Assembly: GCA_050013255.1 (NCBI GenBank)
Contig: JBEKFP010000002.1
Coordinates: forward strand, 96,001 to 160,000
DNA from: Candidatus Bathyarchaeia archaeon
Lineage (GTDB): Archaea > Thermoproteota > Bathyarchaeia > 40CM-2-53-6
DNA: 64,000 bases
Reading direction: 5' to 3'
How positions within the stretch are numbered: the first letter of the stretch is position 1; each line of letters begins with the position of its first letter. This document shows, piece by piece, positions 1 to 10,974 of this stretch. Below the pieces are notes generated by a model. That model did not search any database, had not been told where the DNA came from, and worked only from the letters and a program-made list of their open reading frames with translations. Position numbers and translations under genes: made by a program.

Positions 1-954
1 AACGATTCTCAAAGCGACCGTCAAGAATGCAAGGACAATAAGGTAAGTCATGAGAAAGCCTGCTCCGGCCCCGTAATCCTTTCTGACCCGTCGCGTCAAC
101 ATAACCATGGCGAACCCGACAAATCCAAAAAGAACTAAGACATAACCGAGCTCGCCCAAAGCCACGGCGGCTGTTTTTCCAACAGAAACAGCCAGCAACC
201 GGATGAAGCCCGTTGCGGAACGTTGGACCACAGGAACTTGGTAGGTGTATACCTTCGTCCCGAGGTAGTAACGAAGCATGACTGGCAGGACCCGGAGGTA
301 CCATACTATCGCGCTGAAAGTTAACGCAGGGGCGATAATAGTGAAAAGGGCTTTTGCCGAATAGCGTTTTCCAAGCTGAAGTGTGAATGGAAGCACAACG
401 GCAAAAGGAATGAGGATGATGAGGAGGAAATGGTAGTACAGGACGCTGGCCGCTAGGAAAGCCGCAGCTAACAGTAGATTTGTCCACCTCTTCGTGACGA
501 GTCCGCGTAGCATGAAGAGCAAGGAGAAGACAAAAAAGAGATGAGCCAGGCCCTCGGGGATGCCTATGGATGTTCTCATAAAGTAGAACCTGTCCGTAAC
601 CGTCAGAACTGAAGCAAGGGTTGCGATCCTGTGTGAACGAAGGATTTCGAGAGTAAGCAGATAGATCGGGATAACATTCAGTGCCGTGGCTATTGGAATG
701 AATCTAATGATCTGGTATGGGTCTGTTCCGGAGGATGCCAGTGCTGCGACGAAGTACATGAACGTGGGAGGATAGCCTGTCTGCGTGAAAAAAGAGTTGA
801 GCGTTCCCGTGCTTAGGAACTGACGGGTCCACGCAGTCCAACTCCAAGGGTCCAAAGCGCCAATGACCGGCGAGCTAATAGGATCTAAAGCTTTGATGGC
901 GGTTGCAAATGCTGCAACCACCAAAAGCGGGGTGTACGTTCGCAGAGTTTTCAT
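1..954 (-). CDS. Multi-pass membrane protein, probable GT-C fold glycosyltransferase (3' end outside window)
   Basis: Absent from ORF track. Manual translation from ATG at 954 is open to position 1: MKTLRTYTPLLVVAAFATAIKALDPISSPVIGALDPWSW...GYPPTFMYF...IGIPEGLAHLFF. A DP loop after TM1, YPP and many TM segments fit GT-C/PMT-like enzymes. Confidence 0.7.
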   Translation of the reverse strand, partial: MKTLRTYTPLLVVAAFATAIKALDPISSPVIGALDPWSWTAWTRQFLSTGTLNSFFTQTGYPPTFMYFVAALASSGTDPYQIIRFIPIATALNVIPIYLLTLEILRSHRIATLASVLTVTDRFYFMRTSIGIPEGLAHLFFVFSLLFMLRGLVTKRWTNLLLAAAFLAASVLYYHFLLIILIPFAVVLPFTLQLGKRYSAKALFTIIAPALTFSAIVWYLRVLPVMLRYYLGTKVYTYQVPVVQRSATGFIRLLAVSVGKTAAVALGELGYVLVLFGFVGFAMVMLTRRVRKDYGAGAGFLMTYLIVLAFLTVALRIV

Positions 955-1200
955 AGCCAACAATCGACTTGCTTACGGTTATAACAATTGACTTAGCTCA
1001 AAAACCAAAAGCCTTCTCGAAGACCTCGAATGATTTGGTAATGGGCCATCAAAGCCTTTGGGGCGACGCCGGCGTTTCGGCTAAACTCTCGTCAGATGTC
1101 CTCTCTGTTGAAGCGAGCTTTCTAATTCACTCATGTAGAGTTAAGAACAGTTAAATATTCCAGGTCTTTCTTCAACTCGCATCATGGGATGTTTGCTTAA

Positions 1201-2316
1201 TTGAGTAAACAGATACGGTTGATTGAGCCTGTAGTCGGGTCAGAAGAGGAACGCTTGGTTGCCGAGGTTCTGAGGTCGGGTTGGCTTAGCGAAGGGCCGA
1301 TGACAAAGAGGTTCGAGCAACTCGTCGCCGAGTTCGTCGGCGCGAAACACGCTGTGGCTGCAACTTCTTGCACAACTGCGATGGAAATCGCGCTCAGGGC
1401 AATGGAGGTCGCTCCCGGGGAGAGGGTTCTGATCCCAGACTTCACACACCCGGCCACAGCTGACGCCATAATAGTTCTTGGTGCGAAACCAGTTTTGGTT
1501 GACGTGGACTTAGCGAGTTACAACATGGACTTTGAGGAAGCAAGGAAGGCGCTTTCCAAACCGGGACGAGCTGTGCTTCCAGTTTCCTGGGGAGGCTACC
1601 CTCTAAACAAGAAAGAGCTTACCAAGTTGAAAGACGAGTTTCACGTGTTGGCGTTAGAGGATGCCGCCTGCAGCTTGGGATCCGAGTGTGATGGGGCAAG
1701 GACTGGGACGATGGCGGACGTTACCTGCTTTAGCTTCCACCCTAGGAAAGTAATGACGACGGGTGAAGGCGGAATGATAACAACCGAGAGCGATGAATAC
1801 GCCGAGAAGATGAGGAGTTTCAAGAATTTTGGGTCGGCAAAAGTAGGGACCGAAGTACGATTCATTCGATATGGCAGCAACTACAAGATGAGTGACATAC
1901 TCGCCGCGGTTGGCGTTGCACAGATGGCCAAACTGCCTAAGATTATAGAACGAAGAATCGAACTCGCCAAGAATTATGACAAGTTGCTAAACGACGTCGA
2001 CGGTATTAGGCCCCCAAGTGGCGGCAAAGGGCTCAAGCACATCTACCAGACGTACGCAGCATACGTTGAAGTAGAAGGCGCTAGAGACAAATTGATTCAA
2101 CATCTTCGTGGACTCGGAATAGAAGCGCAGATTGGTACCTACGCGTTGCACATGGAACCGTACTACCAGAACCTTGAGAGGCAAGGTAACCTAGAGAGGT
2201 CTAGGAAGCTCTACGAGAACCTAATCGCGCTCCCCATGTCGCACAACATGACCTCAGAGGACCAAAGACGCGTCGTAACCGAGCTCGGCAAGTTCCTAAA
2301 GTCCTTCGGTCGCTGA
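1201..2316 (+). CDS. DegT/DnrJ/EryC1/StrS PLP-dependent sugar aminotransferase
   Basis: SCTTA, EDAAC, FSFHPRKVMTTGEGG (PLP lysine) and NYKMSD motifs. Confidence 0.95.
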   Translation: MSKQIRLIEPVVGSEEERLVAEVLRSGWLSEGPMTKRFEQLVAEFVGAKHAVAATSCTTAMEIALRAMEVAPGERVLIPDFTHPATADAIIVLGAKPVLVDVDLASYNMDFEEARKALSKPGRAVLPVSWGGYPLNKKELTKLKDEFHVLALEDAACSLGSECDGARTGTMADVTCFSFHPRKVMTTGEGGMITTESDEYAEKMRSFKNFGSAKVGTEVRFIRYGSNYKMSDILAAVGVAQMAKLPKIIERRIELAKNYDKLLNDVDGIRPPSGGKGLKHIYQTYAAYVEVEGARDKLIQHLRGLGIEAQIGTYALHMEPYYQNLERQGNLERSRKLYENLIALPMSHNMTSEDQRRVVTELGKFLKSFGR

Positions 2317-2321
2317 CGGCC

Positions 2322-3236
2322 TTGCGAGTTCTGATTTTCGGAGCAGCAGGTTTCGTAGGTAGAAACCTAGTCGAAAGACTCTCCAAGGAAAAGCATGAAG
2401 TAACGGCCTCCGATGCGCTGGAGAACCCCTACGGTCAGTCCACCAAGTACGTCAGGGTGGATGTTCTAGATCGGAACGGCATATTCGAGGCTGTAAAGGG
2501 AAATGAGGTAGTCGTACATTTGGCCGCGTCTCCGCTCGTGGCGTCCCTAAAGGATCCAACGCTAAACATGAGAGTTAACATCGAGGGGACGCTAAACATC
2601 TTGGACGCAGCTAGAAAGCACGACGTTAAGAAGGTCATTTATTCTTCCGCCTCGTCTGTTATCGGAACACCCAATTATAATCCGGTTGACGAAGAGCACC
2701 CGACTACCCCTAAGACTCCCTACGCCGTCGCCAAGAAGGCATGCGAAGACTACCTAAGGGTCTACAAGGAAGTGTACGGCCTACGATATTTGGTGTTCAG
2801 ATTCTTCAACCTGTACGGCCCCTGGCAGACCTACTTGAGCGGCGCGTTGGTTCCAAACCTACACAAAACGCTACTGGAAAACAATGAATTCCAGGTTTTC
2901 GGGGATGGGTCTAGCACACGGGACTTCATTTACGTCGAGGACGTCGTCGATTACTTCAATTCGGCGATGACCAAGAATGTCGAAAACACAACAATCAATA
3001 TGGGAACAGGAATTGGCACATCGATTAAGCAACTCATCGATCTAGGCTCAAAGGTGTTAGGAGTAACCCCACGGATTGCATACAAACCAAGTCGGCCAGG
3101 AGAAATAGGTAACTTCGTTGCCGATACAAAACGGCTCATACAAATATTTGGGGCAGGGCCTCGAACATCTCTTGAAGAAGGGTTGAGAAAATCATTTTCT
3201 TGGCTAAGCGCGAAACAATCAGGAGCTCATGCTTAA
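2322..3236 (+). CDS. NAD-dependent sugar epimerase/dehydratase (extended SDR)
   Basis: GAAGFVG Rossmann motif, YAVAK (YxxxK), RFFNLYGP, RDFIYVED. Confidence 0.95.
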   Translation: MRVLIFGAAGFVGRNLVERLSKEKHEVTASDALENPYGQSTKYVRVDVLDRNGIFEAVKGNEVVVHLAASPLVASLKDPTLNMRVNIEGTLNILDAARKHDVKKVIYSSASSVIGTPNYNPVDEEHPTTPKTPYAVAKKACEDYLRVYKEVYGLRYLVFRFFNLYGPWQTYLSGALVPNLHKTLLENNEFQVFGDGSSTRDFIYVEDVVDYFNSAMTKNVENTTINMGTGIGTSIKQLIDLGSKVLGVTPRIAYKPSRPGEIGNFVADTKRLIQIFGAGPRTSLEEGLRKSFSWLSAKQSGAHA

Positions 3237-4786
3237 CCGAGAACCCGATATAGAAATCGTAACGGGACTTTAAGAAGGCCAGGTATACCCGTCCGTATCA
3301 ATAGGTCCATATCCTCAAGCTTGAACAATTTCGCGAATTTTACCGCGACACAGGTCGAAATTACCATGACCAACAGAGCACCGAATTGAAGAACGAAAGG
3401 AATTCCTGACCTCGCGAGCAATAATGCGCCCAAACCTATGGCAACGGATAGTATTACGGACAAGTTTGCGCCTAACGAGAAACCAAACTCCTGAGCTACA
3501 TAATGGTTTAGCAGGAACGAGCTTGCCAAGTAAGCCGCTACCCAACCCCAAGCGGCTCCTTCTATGCCAATTCTTGGGATGAGAATGAAATAGCATGATA
3601 GTTCGAAGGCGTACTGTACAACTGTTACCCAGAATGATTGTTTCAACTTGTCATAAATCCCGGAGTAGATTGACTGGAGAGCCGTAGGCATGTGTGCAAT
3701 TTCACCGTAAGCTAGTATCAGGAACGCCCCAATAGCGGGGTAGTATCGCTGGCTGAGGAGGATGCGGACGATCGGCGGTAGGCATACAATGCTAATGCTT
3801 ACAGCAAGCGCGAAGAGAATTGTCAATTGTGGAACGATTCTGTGGAAATATTTCCGTAGCGCGTCAGCCCTTCCCATACTCTTCAACCCCTGGAGAATTG
3901 GGAACATAAGATTCGGAAAAAGCATCACAAACTGGACGAAGATTGTGTTCATGCTGTTAGCCGTGTTAAAGAGTCCAACAGCGGCGACTGATACAAAATA
4001 CAGTATGAGATAGAATTCGATTGGGTTATAGATGTAACTGAGAACGGACGTTGGAATAGCGGGCGACGAATAACGCACAGTGCGATCCAGCTCGTTTCGA
4101 ATATTGGCCGTTGGCAAACCCTGTCTGAAATTATCACGCCTCAGCCATAGGGCAAGAAATAGCGACTGAGCGACTGAGCCTCCGACGCTTAGGGCAATCA
4201 GCCAATCGATGCCTGCCACGTGAACGTACTTGTATAGCAGATACAAGGCCCCGACCTGAAACAGCTGACTAATCAGGCCAGCAGTTGCGACTTGAGTGTA
4301 TTTGCCAAAGACTCGCAGGTAACTGTTCACTTCATTCCCCAGAACCCACAAGGTCAAAAACAGCGGGACGGCCCAAAGAATTCGGCCAGACAGTCCTATC
4401 CTTACTGCCAATATGTTGTGCCCAAATATGTAGAAACCACCGAATGCCAGGGCTGTCGCCCCCCAGATGAGTGATAGCAAAATCAGTCTGACCCGAAATG
4501 TTCGGCGTACACCTCCGGCCTGAACGTACTCCTCTTTGCCGAAGCGGATGAGTGCGCTGGATAGCCAGTTGAATCCGAGAGATTGTAAGAAAAGGGCAGC
4601 TGTCGTAATCAGCGCAAGCTGTCCTGTAACATCTGGAGCAAAAACTCTCGTCGAGAAGTATACTGTGAATACAGATGGCAATATCCCAATCAAGTTCATG
4701 CCGTAAGACGCCGCAACGGTCGTGAAGAGAGTTGAAATCTCTCCCTTAATGCGCGGATTTTGATGCCCGCTGTTCGCAGTGGCCAA
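3233..4786 (-). CDS. Oligosaccharide flippase (Wzx/MOP-type polysaccharide biosynthesis protein)
   Basis: 517 aa, about 14 TM segments, VGLFNTA and LIPRIGIEGAAW flippase-like motifs. Confidence 0.85.
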   Translation of the reverse strand: MATANSGHQNPRIKGEISTLFTTVAASYGMNLIGILPSVFTVYFSTRVFAPDVTGQLALITTAALFLQSLGFNWLSSALIRFGKEEYVQAGGVRRTFRVRLILLSLIWGATALAFGGFYIFGHNILAVRIGLSGRILWAVPLFLTLWVLGNEVNSYLRVFGKYTQVATAGLISQLFQVGALYLLYKYVHVAGIDWLIALSVGGSVAQSLFLALWLRRDNFRQGLPTANIRNELDRTVRYSSPAIPTSVLSYIYNPIEFYLILYFVSVAAVGLFNTANSMNTIFVQFVMLFPNLMFPILQGLKSMGRADALRKYFHRIVPQLTILFALAVSISIVCLPPIVRILLSQRYYPAIGAFLILAYGEIAHMPTALQSIYSGIYDKLKQSFWVTVVQYAFELSCYFILIPRIGIEGAAWGWVAAYLASSFLLNHYVAQEFGFSLGANLSVILSVAIGLGALLLARSGIPFVLQFGALLVMVISTCVAVKFAKLFKLEDMDLLIRTGIPGLLKVPLRFLYRVLG

Positions 4787-5005
4787 TCAGTATGCACTTT
4801 ATGCGATTCTACCTGGGCTAGCCATAACCTTACTTATCCTTTCTTGAATTCTCTTTCAGCTACATGCTTCAAGGTGCTTGAAAACAAAACATTTTAGCCA
4901 TACAAAAGGAATGCGAAAAGACCTAACCTTGTCACTCATCAGCAACTTACCTAACCCTCTTACCTTTGAACATCTCAAGAACCCAAGTCAGAGAAACGTG
5001 GAAAT

Positions 5006-6091
5006 TTGAATTCGCGAATAAGCACGCGAGGGACGGTAAGATACGTTCGCAACTTGAAAGTCAAGGAAATCTACAGAGCTTTTGGCGCCAAGGAGAGCGA
5101 CGTAAGAGATGTTGGCCAGCGACTCTCCAAGGAATTCCATCGACACGTTGTAAACACGTTTTCGGGAAGAATTGGAATCTATATCGCCTTAAAGGCTTGC
5201 AACCTTGCCGCGACCGATGAGGTCCTTATCCCTGAGCACATAAGCTCCTGCGTCGTTGACGCTATCAAAAAAGTCTGTAAACCAACCTACAATCTGAGTA
5301 ACAAGACAAGGGCTATGGTTGTTTTTCATCAATTCGGCTATCCACAAAAAATGGACGAGATAAGCAAAATCGCACAAGAAAAGAACCTCATGATAGTCGA
5401 AGATTGTGCACATTCCTTGAGCTCTAGGTACAAGGGCGTAAGAATTGGTAGCCTTGGGGATGCAGCCGTACTCAGCTTCTCGAAGATCTTCCCCACCATT
5501 CTAGGTGGTTGCCTCATAACAGATGACAAACGAATTCTAGACTTTGCTCTGAAATATTTACGAGACAACAAGTCCTCTTTCAAGAAAATATGCCAGAAAC
5601 TCTTCCTTGGACCCACCTTGATAAATGCTGAAGCAAAAAACTACCTAGTACACCACATCTTCGCTCCAATAGTAGGCATGACTTGGAAGTACTTCTTTGA
5701 CCTTCCGAATCCCAGTGACATGGTTTGTCACCTAATTCTGGATTACCTCAAGGATCTGGATCACTATTCCAGGAAGAGACGAACTAATCTGCAAATTATG
5801 AGAGCTCGCCTCGGCGTGGGGTATCACAGCGAGCTTGAAGATGGGTGCGAGGTAGTACCCTTTGCAGTTCCCTACCTTTGCAGTGACCCAGAAAGGATGC
5901 GGGAGGAATTGAGAAGACGAAATATCCTGGTTGGGGTGAACTATTTCGACATGAACCGCAACATTCTCTCCCCTAACTTCAAAAGAGTGCTCGCATTGCC
6001 TTGCCATCAAGACCTCTCACCTTCGAATATTGAATATTTGTTAGACTCTCTGAAGGAAGCAGAATCCAGAACTGGAACTCATCTAACCTGA
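5006..6091 (+). CDS. Divergent DegT-family PLP-dependent aminotransferase
   Basis: FSGR, HQFGYP, IVEDCAHS, SFSKIFP, LALPCHQDL. Confidence 0.8.
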   Translation: MNSRISTRGTVRYVRNLKVKEIYRAFGAKESDVRDVGQRLSKEFHRHVVNTFSGRIGIYIALKACNLAATDEVLIPEHISSCVVDAIKKVCKPTYNLSNKTRAMVVFHQFGYPQKMDEISKIAQEKNLMIVEDCAHSLSSRYKGVRIGSLGDAAVLSFSKIFPTILGGCLITDDKRILDFALKYLRDNKSSFKKICQKLFLGPTLINAEAKNYLVHHIFAPIVGMTWKYFFDLPNPSDMVCHLILDYLKDLDHYSRKRRTNLQIMRARLGVGYHSELEDGCEVVPFAVPYLCSDPERMREELRRRNILVGVNYFDMNRNILSPNFKRVLALPCHQDLSPSNIEYLLDSLKEAESRTGTHLT

Positions 6092-6172
6092 AATGTCGAC
6101 AACAAATCAAGATCAGGTAGGTAAATTGATTGGATAACGTATTTCAAATACGCAACGAGCGAGAGTAAGTTC

Positions 6173-6988
6173 TTGGGTGAGAATTGGTTAGCCCAGTTGC
6201 GGGCATTCTACGATAAGCGGGTCAAAGAATTAGAACGTTATGATGACGAACCAGCGCTAAACGGTTACAAAGCTCCGGGCGGGTCTCCCTATTGGACACA
6301 AGACATCCAAGAAAGGTTACTGGATGATATTACTACCAAACTGAGACTTGCTCCAGAGTATTATGTGCTTGACGTGGGTTGCGGTACTGGAATGATGCTT
6401 AGGCACATAGCCCCGCGGGTGGCCCACATAGTCGGCGTTGACTTCTCCCAAAGCATGATAGATCATGCGAAACGCTACGCCCCCGAGAATGCGACGTTAC
6501 TACGACAAGATGCTGTATCGCTCTCTTTCAAGGACCAAATGTTTGATCGTGTTCTCTGCTACAGCGTTGTAATGAACATCCTTGATGATGACTTCACTCG
6601 TTCCCTACTGACTGAGCTGGTGCGCGTTACGAAGAACGGTGGATTAACACTCATCGGGAATGTCCCTGATTCCGAAAAGCAAAAGGAGCAAGTCGAGGTA
6701 ATTCGTAAGCTGCAATGGAACCAGCCTATGCCGCATCCTCGCCCCCTTCAACGGATAATTGGTCGGCCACGAGATCTATGGCGCTATCGCATTCGGCGAT
6801 CAGTGGCCCCGAGTCAGGGTAATCGGTTTTATGCGAAAGACTTTTTCAGGAATTTTGCCCATCGAGTGGATTGCGACATCAATATTCAGCCTGTAAATGT
6901 GCCCGGATTCGTTTATGCACCTTTTCGATTTGACGTTCTACTTACACCCAGGAGTACAACGCGAAAGTTCTCTGCTAATTATGCCTGA
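6173..6988 (+). CDS. Class I SAM-dependent methyltransferase
   Basis: VLDVGCGTG, GVDFS, FDRVLC. Confidence 0.9.
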   Translation: MGENWLAQLRAFYDKRVKELERYDDEPALNGYKAPGGSPYWTQDIQERLLDDITTKLRLAPEYYVLDVGCGTGMMLRHIAPRVAHIVGVDFSQSMIDHAKRYAPENATLLRQDAVSLSFKDQMFDRVLCYSVVMNILDDDFTRSLLTELVRVTKNGGLTLIGNVPDSEKQKEQVEVIRKLQWNQPMPHPRPLQRIIGRPRDLWRYRIRRSVAPSQGNRFYAKDFFRNFAHRVDCDINIQPVNVPGFVYAPFRFDVLLTPRSTTRKFSANYA

Positions 6989-7030
6989 CCTCGGTTCGAA
7001 ACAGAGTTTGAGCTCACATGAAACTCTTCT

Positions 7031-8164
7031 TCAGCTCCTCTCACCTGAGGAGCGAAAAAGGGTTCGACCCCAATTCCACACTTCCTCTTGCAGAGCTTGC
7101 AAGAGATATTTTCGCCAGTCATACAGAAGCAAACCTTCGAACAAGAGGAATGCCCTCCCACCGAACTCGCGTTTGAAATGTCCTATCCTAGCCATCTTGT
7201 CTTGAGGAGGCAAGTATGGGAAGTAGGGGCCCATTTCATACCACTTCTTCCCCTCGTTTCGGGCCCACCTCATACTTTCCCATATCAGCAAATTATGTGG
7301 AGACAGCTCGTGGGCATTGTAGTCGACACCACCCGCATAATATGTGACAGCGTCCTTGTAGGAGAGCAGCAATACACTGGAGATTGGCTTAGAACTGTGT
7401 GATGCTATGAAAAACCTCATGGATCCCATCTCCCCGAAACTTCTATGCGCTTCTTGAAAGAAGGAAACGGGGCTCATTTCTGACCGGGAACGACGGAAGC
7501 TCGATTGATAGGGCTTGTAGAAGGCCTCCACGCCACTAACGCTGTTGTTCTGTTCGCAAGTAACACCAGATTGTATTGCTTTTCTGACTAGGTTTCGGCA
7601 TGCTTTACTGCATGCAGCGAAAAGTTGTTCTTCCGTGCTAGTTTGAAGATCTACGATCGTCGTAGGTGTCTCCACACCCTGCAAGCGAGAGAGCCCTACC
7701 GTCGAACCGTACCTTGGTGAGGCAATAAATCCGTACTGAAGCAGTGGATTGACTTCAGTGCGAAGCGGAGGCATGTAAGCGGGAGCGAGCGTGGGCAAAC
7801 GTGCTTCCAGATAGGTCGCCTTCCATGCTTTCGCGCGTTCTTTGAGGTACCCCAAGCTGAAGTCCATGGCAGCCTGCCGCAGTTTCTTATCTAATCCCTT
7901 CGCCAGGGCTGGGCCACTTCGCCCCAGCCCCGTAGACAGAAAACGTTGTCTGAAGCCTCTCCGTGTTCCCCTGCTAGATTGGTAAACGCAGAAAACTCCC
8001 AACGGTTGCCTATCGTCGGATATGATCATGAAAGACTCGTTTGGGTAAAGAGTGGCGACCAAGTCCATCCATTCAGTTCTGTGGTAGAGCCACGCTTCAT
8101 CCGATTCATCGACGAGTCGATTCCAAAGGTGTTTGTCTGAATCGTGATAAGGGACTATCTTCAC
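7031..8164 (-). CDS. GNAT/FemAB-like acyl- or aminoacyl-transferase
   Basis: WLYHRTEW, CRNLVRKA, YYAGG, LLIWESMRWA, FKREFGG match the FemAB-related GNAT pattern. Confidence 0.8.
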   Translation of the reverse strand: MKIVPYHDSDKHLWNRLVDESDEAWLYHRTEWMDLVATLYPNESFMIISDDRQPLGVFCVYQSSRGTRRGFRQRFLSTGLGRSGPALAKGLDKKLRQAAMDFSLGYLKERAKAWKATYLEARLPTLAPAYMPPLRTEVNPLLQYGFIASPRYGSTVGLSRLQGVETPTTIVDLQTSTEEQLFAACSKACRNLVRKAIQSGVTCEQNNSVSGVEAFYKPYQSSFRRSRSEMSPVSFFQEAHRSFGEMGSMRFFIASHSSKPISSVLLLSYKDAVTYYAGGVDYNAHELSPHNLLIWESMRWARNEGKKWYEMGPYFPYLPPQDKMARIGHFKREFGGRAFLLFEGLLLYDWRKYLLQALQEEVWNWGRTLFRSSGERS

Positions 8165-8276
8165 TGTTTCCTCATTCCGGCTGGGCAGACAAACATTCTC
8201 GAGATTGGCGTATGTAAAGCGAAACTATGGATGCATCCTTTTAATCTTGGCGTGTTCCTACTCAGCAAGAACGCGA

Positions 8277-8846
8277 ATGTCGAATCTGCAGAATCAGCTT
8301 TCATCGTTACGCGACGAGCTTAGGAATCATTTCAAGTCTAAGTGGAAGAGGTCGTTGCCGTTCTATGAAGAAATGCTAGGTGATCGCGCACGTTGGGATA
8401 GAGCTGCCTTCCTAGGATTCGGAGCAGGAAGTAGCATGTATGATAGTAGCTACTTGTATGGGGACGTGAAGGTTGGTGAGGGAACGTGGATAGGGCCCTT
8501 CACAATACTTGATGGAAGCGGGGGTTTGGAGATTGGTGACCATTGCAGCATTTCAAGCGGAGTTCAAATCTACAGCCACGAAACCGTAGAATGGGCGCTT
8601 ACAGGCGGGAAAGCCAAGTATCGCTACGCGCCAACGCGCATCGGTAACTCTTGTTTCATCGGAAGTTTAACCGTCATCCGAATGGGCGTCAAAATCGGCG
8701 ATCACGTTCTAATTGGGGCCCAGAGCTTTGTGAACAAAGATTTACCCGCCTACTCAATCGCCACGGGATGCCCAGCAAAAATCATTGGTCGCGTGGAATT
8801 AGCTGGGGATCAAGCAAAGTTCGTCTACCTAAGCAGTACGAAGTGA
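8277..8846 (+). CDS. Hexapeptide-repeat (LbH) acyltransferase
   Basis: LbH repeats (VGEGTWIGP, IGDHCSISSGVQIYSH, IGNSCFIG) and GCPAKII. ATG 8277 preferred over 8205 because a TATA-like CTTTTAAT lies at about 8238. Confidence 0.9.
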   Translation: MSNLQNQLSSLRDELRNHFKSKWKRSLPFYEEMLGDRARWDRAAFLGFGAGSSMYDSSYLYGDVKVGEGTWIGPFTILDGSGGLEIGDHCSISSGVQIYSHETVEWALTGGKAKYRYAPTRIGNSCFIGSLTVIRMGVKIGDHVLIGAQSFVNKDLPAYSIATGCPAKIIGRVELAGDQAKFVYLSSTK

Positions 8847-8894
8847 CCTCACTTCGGTGCATCCAATGCTTCATCCCTTGGGGCTGCACTAAAC

Positions 8895-9908
8895 TTGATT
8901 TTGCCAGTGCTGAGGTGCCCCGACTGCAGACTTCCAATCAAAGATTTCGTATGTCCAATTTGTAAGAGAGATTTTCGCACAGGTGACAAGCCATACTTAG
9001 ATTTCCTACCCGTTGAGGACTATCGCAGCGGCGATTCTGAATTCACCCAAATGCCCGACATATTCGAGAATTTTTCTAGATTCATAGGCGCAAGAAAAGT
9101 ACTTAGCGAGTATGACATAACGAACATTGAGAAAACCAACCTCAAACTTTTCCAATCCGTCAAAAGACATGAAGGGCTGAGAGTCCTAGAGATAGGAGCC
9201 GGGCGGGGGTATTTTTGCAGGTTATTTACGACAAAATACACTGCCAACTACTATTGCGCCCTCGAATATGAGCAATCTAACCTGAACTACGGTTTGAGAT
9301 TAGGAAATTTCCAGAACGCCTCGCAACTGTTCCGTGGCTCTGTTTATTCATTACCTTTCGAGGATCGCCAATTCGATTTAGTCGTCATTTCTGAGGTCTT
9401 GGAGCATTTGTCAGAACTGGATCTAGCGATGGGCGAGATTAGACGAGTCCTCGATCCTAACGGATGGGCTATAGCATCTGTCCCAAATTCCATCCTATAC
9501 ATGTATCCGTACCCTATCCTGATCACGCTACTCCAGTCGATTCATCATCTTGGAGACCAAAATGATGACAAAGGTTTTCGACTCTTAGTCCGAAGGTTTA
9601 GGCGATTAGCTAATGATAATCTGCAGGGGACTTATCATCGGCCCTTCTTTCCGTCACAGTTTGCCAAGCTGTTCAAAAATCACGGCTTCAGCATTGAAAA
9701 TCATGTTTCATCCATGTTGACCTATTTCTGGGATCCAGCATTAACCAATTTCGCCGACAGATACCCTAACTCTAGTGCAATGATGTTTTTCTCAAAAGTC
9801 GCCATCAATATCTCCGATCGCCTTCTTCAAAGTAGGTTGCCCATCATTAGATACAGTGGAATCAGACAACACATTCTAGCCAGAAAGCGCAATGAAATGA
9901 CGAAGTAA
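8895..9908 (+). CDS. Class I SAM-dependent methyltransferase with N-terminal CxxC..CxxC zinc ribbon
   Basis: CPDC...CPIC, VLEIGAGRG, SEVLEHL, SVPN. Confidence 0.9.
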   Translation: MILPVLRCPDCRLPIKDFVCPICKRDFRTGDKPYLDFLPVEDYRSGDSEFTQMPDIFENFSRFIGARKVLSEYDITNIEKTNLKLFQSVKRHEGLRVLEIGAGRGYFCRLFTTKYTANYYCALEYEQSNLNYGLRLGNFQNASQLFRGSVYSLPFEDRQFDLVVISEVLEHLSELDLAMGEIRRVLDPNGWAIASVPNSILYMYPYPILITLLQSIHHLGDQNDDKGFRLLVRRFRRLANDNLQGTYHRPFFPSQFAKLFKNHGFSIENHVSSMLTYFWDPALTNFADRYPNSSAMMFFSKVAINISDRLLQSRLPIIRYSGIRQHILARKRNEMTK

Positions 9909-10045
9909 TTCTGACTGAATCGTTGCTCGAGCCGCTTCATCAGCAGCTCTTTTCGGTGCACAATAGCGGGGGGGCCAAACAATGGAGGGATTATATGCGG
10001 CAATTTTGCGTATTAGGCCGACTTAGTATTCTGTTGTGCGACACC

Positions 10046-10891
10046 ATGTTTCTAATTTGTTTGACTCACGACATAGATCAGTTAGAGCATCCATTCTCTA
10101 GCACTCTAGGCTTGGCTCATGGACTCTTTAACTCTGCCAAAATGAGAATTGCACTTCGCTACTTGGCTGGAGTCGCTTCGGCTAGAAAGAACCCGTACGA
10201 TACTTATGATAGGATATTAGACCTTGAAAAGAAGTATGGTGCAACATCAACCTTCTTCGTTGTCCCTGCGCAGAGTAAGGCAAACGCCGAGTGCCTAGCG
10301 AGGCTTCGAGCCGCTAGAACTGAAGTCGCACTTCATAACATAGGTACTTCATACATATCTCCATCTGAATTAGCGAGACAGAAGAACGTCATCGAGAAAT
10401 TCTTAGGGTCAGAAATCTCGGGGGTCAGATCACATCGGCTCGATCTTATGATTCCTAGAACCTTTGAGTTTCAGAAACATTGTGGCTTCAAGTACGATTC
10501 GAGTTTCTTCCCACCACGGTACGGGAACAAGAGGATATACACCCCTTTCCCAGCAACGGATGGATTACTTGAACTACCGCTTGCGTTCATGGACAGCGAT
10601 TTCCAGGAAATGGCAATGGTCGGCCCTGATGCGTTGCAAAAGACTTGGACGCGCATTGAAAGAATACTGGAAGACTATCGCCGCCGTCAAGGAGTCTGTA
10701 CAATTCTGTGGCACCCTACAGCATTCTACGACGACGGGTGCGAGCTGCACAATCTAAACTATCAGCACTTCAAAGGCTTCGATAAACTTTACGAAATGAT
10801 TTTGGAATATGGCTCAACGAAGAGTGATAGGATGTGCGGATGCTTGGAGGCAATCGAGCATTGGAAAGGTTCAGAAGAAAGCATGTGGTAG
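10046..10891 (+). CDS. Polysaccharide deacetylase-family (NodB/CE4-like) protein
   Basis: LTHDID, STFF, EVALH, GVRSHRL, YDSS, ELPL..MD, ILWH. ATG 10046 preferred; TATA-like TTATAT at about 9991. Confidence 0.85.
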   Translation: MFLICLTHDIDQLEHPFSSTLGLAHGLFNSAKMRIALRYLAGVASARKNPYDTYDRILDLEKKYGATSTFFVVPAQSKANAECLARLRAARTEVALHNIGTSYISPSELARQKNVIEKFLGSEISGVRSHRLDLMIPRTFEFQKHCGFKYDSSFFPPRYGNKRIYTPFPATDGLLELPLAFMDSDFQEMAMVGPDALQKTWTRIERILEDYRRRQGVCTILWHPTAFYDDGCELHNLNYQHFKGFDKLYEMILEYGSTKSDRMCGCLEAIEHWKGSEESMW

Positions 10892-10974
10892 CCGACCAAG
10901 TAAGGCGAGATTCTCTCAATCACAATTCAATAGAGAAAGAAAGACGTCTGAGCGGATAGAGCGGTCGGTCGAAG